From Polyangiales bacterium (lineage in GTDB: Bacteria; Myxococcota_A; Polyangia; Polyangiales; Polyangiaceae), in the NCBI GenBank assembly GCA_038230375.1, contig JBBRNJ010000093.1, positions 1 to 32,053 of the forward strand: a DNA stretch of 32,053 bases, given 5' to 3'. Positions 16,249-24,369 of this stretch are shown one piece after another (the first letter of the stretch is position 1; every line of letters starts with the position of its first letter). Under the pieces are notes generated by a model, which saw nothing but the letters and a program-made list of their open reading frames with translations, had not been told where the DNA came from and ran no database searches. The position numbers and the translations under genes are program-made.

Positions 16249-18756
16249 CTACGGGCTATGCGCGCATGTCGCGCGGTAGAGGAGGTACTTGTCGCGCTTC
16301 ACGCGGAAGGCGGCCAGGTCCTTGCGCCACGTGGCCTCCACGTCCGTCGCTTGTTTGCCAGAGGTGAGCGCATCCGTCGCGGCGCGGCTCGCAAGGAGCC
16401 GTTGCACGTCCTTCGTGTGGAACGTGGTGGGGTACAGCGTGGCAAGCGCCGCCGCCATCTCCACGCCCACGTGCACGGGATCGAGGCTCTCTCGATCCGT
16501 CACCAGGAGCTTCACGCCCTGACACGCCTGGCCGGCGAAGACGCTGGTGGTGGGCGTGAACGAGATCTTGGAGAACGACACGCCCGGCACGTGACGCGCG
16601 TTGAGCGCACGGGCGAGCGCGTCTCCATCAATGTAGGGTGCACCTATCACCTCGAACGGGCTGTCCGTTCCGCGACCGACGCACACATTCGTCCCTTCGA
16701 GCAGCGCGACGCCCGGGTAGAGCGTTGCCTCGGTCAGGTTCCGCAGGTTGGGTGAGGGCGCGGCCCATGCGTAGCCCGTGGCGTCCAGGTAGTCGCTGCG
16801 CCGCCAGCCCTGCGCGCGAACGATCTCGAGCTCCGTGCCAAGGTGATCCTCTGCATCGAACATGCGCGTGAGCTCGCCGAGCGTCATGCCATGACGCACT
16901 GGCAACAACGAGCCATGGACCAGCCCCTTCACGGACGGGTCGGGCAGGGGGCCCGCGACGTGCTCGCCGTCGATCGGGTTCGGGCGATCAAGCACCATCA
17001 CGCGCAGCCCACGTTGCGCGGCGGGGCCCAGCGCGTGGCGCATGGTGGACGCGTAGGTGTAGAAGCGCACGCCCACGTCGGGGATGTCGACGACGAGCGT
17101 GTCCACGCCAGTGAGCGCGCGGGTCATGCGCTCCTCCTCGCTGCCGCTGCCATACAGGCTCACGATCTCGGTGCCCGTCTTTGGATCGCGATCGTCCGCA
17201 ATGCTGCCCTCGCGGTCCGCCGCCATCCCGTGCTCCGCGGAGAGCACGCGCACCAGCGTCACGTCCTTCGCCTTCGCGAGTACATCCAGCGTACGCGCAC
17301 CGTCCTTCGTGCGGGCCGCGTCGTTCGTGAAGAGCGCGATCTTGCGGCCGCGCAGCGATGCAAAATCGTCCGCGCGCAGCACGTCGATCCCGGCGAGCAC
17401 GTCGCTCGCTTTCTTGTCGCACGACGCTGGCGTGACCTTTGGCGCGGGCGCGGGGGCCACGATGCTTGCGGCGATGGTGCCGATCTTCGCCTGGAGCTCC
17501 TGCGCCTCGCCCGGAGTGACCACGGGTGCGCCCGCGACGCGTCCGTTCGGGTAGACGCGGTTCGAGAGGAACAGCACGAAGAACCCCGGCTGCGGATCCA
17601 TCCAGAGCAGCGTGCCGGTGTACCCGCCGTGACCGTACGTTCGCAGGCTCATGCCTTCGCCGCGGCTCTTGGTCCTGGGGCTCATCATGTCCCAGCCCAG
17701 CCCACGGATCGCGGTGGGTACGTCGTGAGGGGACGTGAACGCGTCGAACGTCTGCGCGGACACCAGCGGCGCGCCTCCGGGATGCGCGGTCTTCGAGAGC
17801 CACGACTGCGCGAAGCGCGACATGTCCTTCGCGGTGGAGAAGAGCCCGGCATGCCCAGCAATGCCGCCGAGCCCATATGCGCGCGGATCGTGGACCTCGC
17901 CGCGGATGCGCTGCCCGTTCCTGATCTCGGTGGGCGCGATGCGCGGCCGGAGCGCGGGATCCGGCAGAAAACCCGTCTCGCGCATGTCGAGCGGCGTGAA
18001 CACGTTCTCGCGCGCGAACGCGTTCAGATCCTTGCCGCTCACGCGAGAGACCAGCTCACCCAGCACGATGAAGCCGACGTCCGAGTACACGAACCGCTCG
18101 CCGGGGCGCGAGGGCGGCGTGGACGTGACGATCTTCTCCCACGCAGTGTCGTGCCCACCGGCGTAGTCCGAGAGCGGATCGTCCGGCACGAATCCGGCGG
18201 TGTGGAGCAGCAGCTGGCGCACGGTGACGTCGGCGCGATTGCCGCGCGCGAGCTCTGGCAGATAACGCGACGCCGGCTCGTCGAGCCCGATCAGACCGCG
18301 ATCCACCAGCACCATCACGCTGGATGTGGTGGCCACGGCCTTCGTGAGCGAGGCCATGTCGAACACGGTGTCCAGGGTCATCGGCTCGCGCACGGTCTCC
18401 GCGGCGCGCACGCCGTAGGCCTTCCGGAAGACGATCTCGCGCTGCGTCCCGACGACGACCACGCATCCCGACAGCTTCCCCGCAGCGAGCCACGCATCCA
18501 CGGCGGAGTCCACGGCTGCCCAGCGCGGGTCGGCGGGGGGCTCCGCATCCCACGGATCGCGCGCGCCAGCATCCGCGGCCGCGATCGTGGTGGCTCCAGC
18601 GTCGATGCTCGGGTCCGCGGTGCCTGCGTCGTTCGCCGCGGAAATGGCCGCTTGCTGCGCTGGCCCCAACGCGACCGGTGGTGACGCGCAGAACGAGGCC
18701 GCGGCACCCACCGCGATGACGCGCGCGAGTTGCCCTGCGCGCCGCCCCCACGTCAC
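16249..18756 (-). CDS. Fusion of a beta-lactamase-fold serine hydrolase (AmiE-like) and an exo-beta-N-acetylmuramidase NamZ (DUF1343)
   Basis: N-terminal half: FDMASLTK (SxxK), LLLHTAG, FVYSD, VHDP, GHAGLFS and GHGGYTG. C-terminal half: AEHG, DVGVRFYTY, LDRPNP, RHGMTLGE, PSPNL and GRGT..PFE. Confidence 0.9.
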   Translation of the reverse strand: MTWGRRAGQLARVIAVGAAASFCASPPVALGPAQQAAISAANDAGTADPSIDAGATTIAAADAGARDPWDAEPPADPRWAAVDSAVDAWLAAGKLSGCVVVVGTQREIVFRKAYGVRAAETVREPMTLDTVFDMASLTKAVATTSSVMVLVDRGLIGLDEPASRYLPELARGNRADVTVRQLLLHTAGFVPDDPLSDYAGGHDTAWEKIVTSTPPSRPGERFVYSDVGFIVLGELVSRVSGKDLNAFARENVFTPLDMRETGFLPDPALRPRIAPTEIRNGQRIRGEVHDPRAYGLGGIAGHAGLFSTAKDMSRFAQSWLSKTAHPGGAPLVSAQTFDAFTSPHDVPTAIRGLGWDMMSPRTKSRGEGMSLRTYGHGGYTGTLLWMDPQPGFFVLFLSNRVYPNGRVAGAPVVTPGEAQELQAKIGTIAASIVAPAPAPKVTPASCDKKASDVLAGIDVLRADDFASLRGRKIALFTNDAARTKDGARTLDVLAKAKDVTLVRVLSAEHGMAADREGSIADDRDPKTGTEIVSLYGSGSEEERMTRALTGVDTLVVDIPDVGVRFYTYASTMRHALGPAAQRGLRVMVLDRPNPIDGEHVAGPLPDPSVKGLVHGSLLPVRHGMTLGELTRMFDAEDHLGTELEIVRAQGWRRSDYLDATGYAWAAPSPNLRNLTEATLYPGVALLEGTNVCVGRGTDSPFEVIGAPYIDGDALARALNARHVPGVSFSKISFTPTTSVFAGQACQGVKLLVTDRESLDPVHVGVEMAAALATLYPTTFHTKDVQRLLASRAATDALTSGKQATDVEATWRKDLAAFRVKRDKYLLYRATCAHSP

Positions 18757-19451
18757 GAATCGTCCTCTGGAATACCCAGGAACGCGCAGAGCTGCGAGCG
18801 CGTCTCCTTCGACTTGTCCATGAACTCCACCCCGAGCCCCACGAAGCCCGGCTCCTTGATCCTTCGACGGACGATCACGTCGAGCGGAAATGGCTCCGCG
18901 GTGGCGGGATGGATCAGCAGCAGGCGCGTCTTCAGTCCGGGCGGGTAGTTCGCGTCCGTGGCAACGCTCATGCCCTCTTCGGAGATGTCGCGTGTCGTGA
19001 GGGCGAGGGTCTCCGGCAGCTGTGGCAGGCGCACCTCGAGCTTCAGGCGAAAGCGCGACGAGGAGCGGCGCTCAGGGACCGCAGCGCCCGCCGCGGGAAC
19101 GACACGCAGCGATGGATCCTTCGTGAGCTCCTGGATGAATCCGTCCCATCGGGACTGCCCGGTCACGTCACCCCAGAACAGGAGACCGATGCCCGACGGA
19201 TGGTCCGGGTCCTCCTCGGGGCTCGTGGGGGGGACAACGTGCACGACCATGGCGTGCGCGCGCACCACATGGTGATCCGGAAGCGTGAGCTCCACGCGGA
19301 CCAGTTGACGCAGTACCGCCGGGGCGCGCGTTTGAAGGAACGCGCCGCGGAAGCTGACGTTGTGGGTCTGAAGCTGCATCTCGGACTTGCCGCGCAAGAG
19401 TCTGGTCGCCAGGCTTGCTCGGTAGCGTTGATCGCGCCGGTTCGGATCCAC
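18753..19451 (-). CDS. Tandem PilZ-domain protein
   Basis: Two RxxxR plus (D/N)xSxxG pairs: RRDQR...NVSFRG and RSSSR...DISEEG, ending in GIGLLF and GLGVEF. GTGA overlap with the NamZ fusion. Confidence 0.85.
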   Translation of the reverse strand: MDPNRRDQRYRASLATRLLRGKSEMQLQTHNVSFRGAFLQTRAPAVLRQLVRVELTLPDHHVVRAHAMVVHVVPPTSPEEDPDHPSGIGLLFWGDVTGQSRWDGFIQELTKDPSLRVVPAAGAAVPERRSSSRFRLKLEVRLPQLPETLALTTRDISEEGMSVATDANYPPGLKTRLLLIHPATAEPFPLDVIVRRRIKEPGFVGLGVEFMDKSKETRSQLCAFLGIPEDDS

Positions 19452-19521
19452 CTCTTGAATCTAGCAAGCGCGCCGCCGGTTCACCATCCACGCCGACGTG
19501 CGCTCGCGCCGTTTTTCGGAA

Positions 19522-20076
19522 TTACGGCGCGCGCGCGACCATGTAGCGCCGCATGGGATCGCCGTAGAAGTCGACCTCCCGCTCGTATTGCATCCCCAGC
19601 CGCGTGGCGACGTGGATCGAAGGCTCGTTGGTGCCGTAGATGTGTGCGACTGCATGCGTCACGGTCGTCGCCTCGAACCCGTACCGGAGGGCCGCCATGG
19701 CCGCCTCCGTCGCCACGCCCTGCCGCCAATATTTGCGGAAGATGAGCCAACCCAGCTCGAGCTCGGGGGGCCCGTCTCCGCCCACCGCGCTCTCCCGGTA
19801 GAACGCGCCTACCGTGCCCACGTACTCGCCGCTGGAAGCGAGCTCCACACACCACCACCCCACGCCGTGGATCGCCCAGACTCCGATGCCCGTCACGAAG
19901 CTTCGCCACGCCGTGCGGCGGTCCATGACGCCGTTCGCGGACGCGCGGGAGATCGGGTCGGCGACCTCGTCCGCGAACCGGTCGAAGTCCGACACACGAT
20001 GCTCGCGCAGCAGCAGCCGTGTGGTGGTGATGCGAGGAACGGAGAAGCTGGCGTGCGTATCCGACTGCCCGTGCAT
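19522..20076 (-). CDS. GNAT N-acetyltransferase (RimJ/RimL type)
   Basis: ITTTRLLLRE, ELGW, YWRQGVATEAA and NEPSIHVATRLGM. Confidence 0.92.
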   Translation of the reverse strand: MHGQSDTHASFSVPRITTTRLLLREHRVSDFDRFADEVADPISRASANGVMDRRTAWRSFVTGIGVWAIHGVGWWCVELASSGEYVGTVGAFYRESAVGGDGPPELELGWLIFRKYWRQGVATEAAMAALRYGFEATTVTHAVAHIYGTNEPSIHVATRLGMQYEREVDFYGDPMRRYMVARAP

Positions 20077-20118
20077 GCTTCGAGGCTAACCCGTCCAATC
20101 GGGGGTAGGCTCCCGAAA

Positions 20119-20916
20119 ATGTCGACCGCCACGGAGCACGCAGCTCATATCGCCAGGGATGGCTTCACCATCGTGCCGGACGTCTTCGACGCCGCGTTCG
20201 CCAAGGAGACGCTCGCCGATCTGGAGCGGCTCACGCGCGCGCTCGGAGAGGGCCCAGGCAAGAACGTGTTCGAGGGGCTCGCCACGGTCCGCGTCTACAA
20301 CCTGCTCGCGCACGGCAAGCTCTACGAACGGATCGCGGAGCACGCTGGCGTACTGCCCATCGTGGAGGAGGTGCTCGATCGCGGCTGCCTCGTGTCGTCG
20401 CTCTCGGCGATATCGATCGGCCCAGGAGAAGCGGCGCAGCCGATCCACGCCGATGACATGTTGATCCCGATCCCGCGCCCGCACGTGCCGCTCGTGTGCA
20501 ACACGATGTGGGCGCTCACCGATTTCACGGAAGAGAACGGCGCGACGCGGCTCCTGCCAGCGACACATCTGTCCCCGGAAAATCCGGAGCTCGGACGAAG
20601 CTACGAAGGCTCCGTGCCCGCCGTGATGCAGCGTGGCAGCGTGCTCATCTTCAACGGAAGCATCTGGCATGGTGGTGGCGCGAACCGCAGCGGCGAGACG
20701 CGCGTCGGCATCGCCATGAACTATTGCGCGGGCTACATCAGGCAGCAGGAGAACCAGCAGCTCGGCATCCCGCGCGAGATCGCGAAGGGCTTCTCGCCGC
20801 GGCTCCGCAAGCTCGTGGGCTACGGCATCTACCGCGGCTTGCTCGGACACATCGACAAGTGCAGCCCTGTCGATCTCCTGGACGACGTGTCGCCGCGGAG
20901 GGTGCTCGGTGAGTGA
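20119..20916 (+). CDS. Phytanoyl-CoA dioxygenase (PhyH) family Fe(II)/2-oxoglutarate dioxygenase
   Basis: DGFTIV, QPIHADD (HxD), WALTDFTEENGATR, WHGGGAN and RQQENQ. Confidence 0.92.
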   Translation: MSTATEHAAHIARDGFTIVPDVFDAAFAKETLADLERLTRALGEGPGKNVFEGLATVRVYNLLAHGKLYERIAEHAGVLPIVEEVLDRGCLVSSLSAISIGPGEAAQPIHADDMLIPIPRPHVPLVCNTMWALTDFTEENGATRLLPATHLSPENPELGRSYEGSVPAVMQRGSVLIFNGSIWHGGGANRSGETRVGIAMNYCAGYIRQQENQQLGIPREIAKGFSPRLRKLVGYGIYRGLLGHIDKCSPVDLLDDVSPRRVLGE

Positions 20917-20943
20917 GCGCCGGGGCCGCTGGAGCGCGGCCTG

Positions 20944-21624
20944 TCACTCGACCAGGATGACCAGGACCTTCGAGAGCAAGGCGTCGTCGCATGTGTCCTC
21001 ACCCATGCAGAGGAACTTGCGCGCTGCGGGCGTTGCGAGCGCCGGGGCGATCTTGACCGCGGCTGGGTAGCTCACCACGGTGCCCGTGATCTTGAGCGCC
21101 GGAGGCTGCGGAATGCCGGCCTCGGGGATGCTTGCGTCGGGATAGAGGGCGAGCAGCTCGCGCTGAGTGACGGCCATCTCCCACTGCAGCAACGCGCCGA
21201 ACCACAACCGGTTGCGTTGCGCAGCCACGTCCTGGAACCAGGCCACCGCGGGCAGGATGTGGTGGTGAACGCGAACGCGGAAGAGGTCGGCGTCGACCTG
21301 TTCGCGTGACGTGCCTGTCTTCATCTGGCCGATGACGAAGGGGCTCGTGAGGCTCATCGAGCCGAGATCGTCCGGCATCAGGTCCGGGTTCAGCGCGAAC
21401 GTCAGCTCCACGCGCGGGTCCGTTCCGCTCCCGGGAAGCAGCTTCGCCTCTCCGAGCGCAGAGACCTGAGCGAGCAGCGCTCCCACATCCGTGACCGCGG
21501 GCGCCGGGCTCTGGCTGGGCTCGGGAGCATCCTTGGCGAACGCGCCATAGACCAGCACGCCCGCGATGAGCACGGCTCCGGCCACGGCAAAGATCGCCCA
21601 GCCGCGCTTTGCGCCATCAGCCAC
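20944..21624 (-). CDS. Hypothetical membrane-anchored protein
   Basis: An N-terminal TM (WAIFAVAGAVLIAGVLVYGAF) and a Pro-rich linker. It starts 5 bp after the lysC stop and fills the gap to the PhyH gene. Confidence 0.65.
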   Translation of the reverse strand: MADGAKRGWAIFAVAGAVLIAGVLVYGAFAKDAPEPSQSPAPAVTDVGALLAQVSALGEAKLLPGSGTDPRVELTFALNPDLMPDDLGSMSLTSPFVIGQMKTGTSREQVDADLFRVRVHHHILPAVAWFQDVAAQRNRLWFGALLQWEMAVTQRELLALYPDASIPEAGIPQPPALKITGTVVSYPAAVKIAPALATPAARKFLCMGEDTCDDALLSKVLVILVE

Positions 21625-21629
21625 GACCC

Positions 21630-22865
21630 TCAGCCCTCTTTGGGTGGAACGTCCAGGCCGAAGCCGTCATGCAGCGCGCGCACGGCGAGCTCCGTGTACT
21701 TGGCCGCGACCAGGCACGAGACCTTGATCTCGCTCGTGGAGATCGCCTGGATGTTGATGTTCTCCTTCGCCAGGATGCGGAACATCTTCGCGGCGACTCC
21801 GGCGTGCGAGCGCATGCCGAGCCCGACGATGGAGACCTTCACGATGTCCTCGTCGTAGCGGACCGCGCTGGCCCCCACCTGCTTCGCCGTCTCCTCGATG
21901 AACGGCTTTCCGCGCGCGAGGTCCGTCTTGGCGACCGTGAACGTCACGTCCGCATGACCTGTGGCCGACGAGCTCACGTTCTGGATGATCATGTCGACCG
22001 AGATGTTCTTCTCCGCGATGGCGCTGAAGATGTCTGCGACTACACCCGGCTTGTCCAGAACGCCCACGAGGTGCACGCGCGCCTCGCTCTTGTCGTACGC
22101 GACCCCAGCCACCACCACGTCTTCGAGTGTCTTGTCTTCTGCTTTCACCCAGGTGCCCTCCGCGTCGGAGAAAGAGCTGCGCACATGGACGGGAACGCCA
22201 TACTTCATGGCGATCTCCACGCTGCGGATCTGGAGCACCTTCGCGCCCAGCGATGCCAGCTCGAGCATCTCTTCGTACGAAATCTTCGGGATCTTCCGCG
22301 CCGTCGGGCAGATGTTCGGGTCGGTCGTGTAGACACCGTCCACGTCGGTGAAGATCTCGCACGCGTCTGCGCCGATCGCCGCCGCCACTGCCACCGCCGA
22401 CGTGTCCGACCCACCGCGACCCAGCGTGGTGATGTCGCCGTGCTCGTCCACGCCCTGGAAGCCAGCGACCACGGCGATCTCGCCGTTCTGCACCGTGGAG
22501 AAGATCTTCGACCCGTCGATCGCCTTGATGCGCGCCTTCGTGAACGCGTCGTCCGTCAGGATCTTCACCTGATGACCGAGCAGCGAGCGCGCACGCCCTC
22601 CCTCGTTCTGGATCGCCATCGCGGTGAGCGCGGCGGAGACCTGCTCACCCGTGGCCGCAATCGCGTCCATCTCGCGCGCCTCGGGCACCTTCGTGACCTC
22701 GTGCGCAAGGGCGAGCAGCCGGTTCGTCTCGCCGCTCATGGCACTGACGATGACGACGACGTGGTTGCCGGCCTTCTGCGTCGCGATGCATCGCTTGGCC
22801 ACGTTGCGGATGCGGTCGATCGACCCCACCGACGTGCCCCCGAATTTCTGGACGATGAGTGCCAC
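21630..22865 (-). CDS. lysC: Aspartate kinase
   Basis: VQKFGGTSV, VSAMSGETN, TGEQ, GFQG, TTLGRGGSDTSA, TDVDGVYTTDP and two ACT domains (STSEIKVS). Start at GTG 22865. Confidence 0.97.
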   Translation of the reverse strand: MALIVQKFGGTSVGSIDRIRNVAKRCIATQKAGNHVVVIVSAMSGETNRLLALAHEVTKVPEAREMDAIAATGEQVSAALTAMAIQNEGGRARSLLGHQVKILTDDAFTKARIKAIDGSKIFSTVQNGEIAVVAGFQGVDEHGDITTLGRGGSDTSAVAVAAAIGADACEIFTDVDGVYTTDPNICPTARKIPKISYEEMLELASLGAKVLQIRSVEIAMKYGVPVHVRSSFSDAEGTWVKAEDKTLEDVVVAGVAYDKSEARVHLVGVLDKPGVVADIFSAIAEKNISVDMIIQNVSSSATGHADVTFTVAKTDLARGKPFIEETAKQVGASAVRYDEDIVKVSIVGLGMRSHAGVAAKMFRILAKENINIQAISTSEIKVSCLVAAKYTELAVRALHDGFGLDVPPKEG

Positions 22866-22940
22866 GACAGGGCCGCAATTACTTGCGCCGCGCACTTCCG
22901 TCAACCGTGCATCGAATGTAGAGTCGCGGCGCTCCTCTCC

Positions 22941-23369
22941 ATGAACAGCTCTTACGGCAGCTACGTGCTCGAGACGTTCGTGACGCTCCTCCTCGTGTGC
23001 GTCGTCGCGGTCGTCGTGCTCTATGGCGCGCGTCGCTTCGGCATCGGCCGCGCGCGCGGACCGATCGAGCTCGTGGGACAGCTGCCGCTCGACGCACGCC
23101 GTGCGATCTATCTGGTCCGCGTTGGTGCCCAGGTGATCGTCGTCGGCGCATCCGAGGCAGGGCTCGCACGCCTGGGTGAGGTCGCGGAGAGCGCGCTTCC
23201 GAAGGAAGAGAAGACGAACGGCACGCCGTTCAAGGACGTGCTCGCGAAGCTGCGCGGTATCGGCGGAGACACATCATTGTCGCGTCCCGAAAAGCTGACC
23301 GTGCCCGAGCCGGACGAGTCCAACGCCGCTGCGGCGAAGGATCCGCCCAACGACGGTGAGTCCTCATGA
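22941..23369 (+). CDS. fliO: FliO-like export-gate assembly protein
   Basis: One TM (FVTLLLVCVVAVVVLYG) followed by IELVGQLPLDARRAIYLVRVGAQVIVVGASE, the FliO pattern. ATGA overlap with the next gene. Confidence 0.85.
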   Translation: MNSSYGSYVLETFVTLLLVCVVAVVVLYGARRFGIGRARGPIELVGQLPLDARRAIYLVRVGAQVIVVGASEAGLARLGEVAESALPKEEKTNGTPFKDVLAKLRGIGGDTSLSRPEKLTVPEPDESNAAAAKDPPNDGESS

Positions 23370-24031
23370 ACGATGACATCCTGGGCCGACCGCTGGCGCT
23401 CGTCGTTGCGCTGGCGCTGGTGTCGCTGCTTCCGTTCGTGTTCATGAGCGTCACCGCATTCGTGAAGATCTCCACGGTGCTCCAGATCACGAAGAGCGCG
23501 CTCGGCGCCCAGAGCGTGCCGTCGAACACCGTGATCATGGCGCTGGCAGCCGCGCTCACGCTGCTCGCCATGGCGCCCGTGGGCCAGCGCATCGCCGACC
23601 GCGCCGCGCCGCTCATCGCGGACAACCGGCCCAAGGACACCAGCGTGCTCATCACGAAGGGCATCGACGCCGTGCGCGAGCCCATGCGCGACTTCATGAA
23701 GACGAACGCAAGCGAGCGTGAGCGCGCCCGCTTCTACAAGGTCGCCGTGGAAGCGCGGCCCGAGGCCGAGCGCGCGAAGGTGGCGCCCGACGACATCTCG
23801 GTGCTCGTCCCTTCGTTCGTGGTGACCGAGCTGACCGAGGCGTTCGCGATCGGGTTCCTCATCTTCCTTCCGTTCCTCGTCATCGATCTGGTGGTGTCGA
23901 ACGTCCTGCTTGCGCTGGGCATGCAGCAGCTGAATCCCACGCAGGTGAGCCTGCCCTTCAAGCTGCTCCTGTTCGTGGCCATCGATGGGTGGGGTCTCTT
24001 GGCCCAGGCCCTGGTTTCCGGGTACAGATGA
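23366..24031 (+). CDS. sctR: Type III export gate subunit SctR/FliP family
   Basis: TAFVKISTVL, ALGAQSVPSN, PSFVVTELTEAFAIGFLIFLPFLVIDLVVSNVLLALGM and SLPFKLLLFVAIDGW. At 221 aa with no FliP-type signal peptide, it looks SctR-like. Confidence 0.92.
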   Translation: MNDDILGRPLALVVALALVSLLPFVFMSVTAFVKISTVLQITKSALGAQSVPSNTVIMALAAALTLLAMAPVGQRIADRAAPLIADNRPKDTSVLITKGIDAVREPMRDFMKTNASERERARFYKVAVEARPEAERAKVAPDDISVLVPSFVVTELTEAFAIGFLIFLPFLVIDLVVSNVLLALGMQQLNPTQVSLPFKLLLFVAIDGWGLLAQALVSGYR

Positions 24032-24360
24032 CGGCGATGAGCAAGATCGCTACCGTCCGCGCTTGCGCCGCCGCCTGCTTTGCCCTCCTCGTGCTTGCCT
24101 GCAACGGCAACACCGTGCAGAGCCCCACGTCGCAGGCGAAGCAATGTTTCTTCGACACGGAGTGCATGTCATCGCAGCGCTGCTCGCGCGCGAAGGACAA
24201 CCTCATGGGCCTCTGCGTTGACAAGGTCGCCGCGCAGCCCGCCGATGGCACCGTCGGATCTGGTGTCGTGACCAGCGCCCCCGCCGATGCGTCCACGCCA
24301 GGCACTTCGCCTCCCCCAGCCGCAACGATCCAGCCGCAGCCCGGCGACATCAGCCTCTGA
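24028..24360 (+). CDS. Small Cys-rich lipoprotein
   Basis: ATGA overlap with sctR; lipobox LVLA-C; a CFFDTECMSSQRC...GLC module; Pro-rich tail. Confidence 0.7.
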   Translation: MTAMSKIATVRACAAACFALLVLACNGNTVQSPTSQAKQCFFDTECMSSQRCSRAKDNLMGLCVDKVAAQPADGTVGSGVVTSAPADASTPGTSPPPAATIQPQPGDISL

Positions 24361-24369
24361 GCGCGACTG

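Noticed and set aside
19498..20118. N-terminal extension of the PhyH ORF
   Set aside because: It is antisense to the GNAT gene; PhyH homology starts at ATG 20119.
21609..22940. 586-aa ORF implying a very long FliO
   Set aside because: The first ~444 codons are antisense to lysC; only 22941-23369 is FliO-like.
22866..22940. Possible lysine riboswitch upstream of lysC
   Set aside because: The divergent intergenic region is only 75 bp, too short for the aptamer, and shows no matching motifs.
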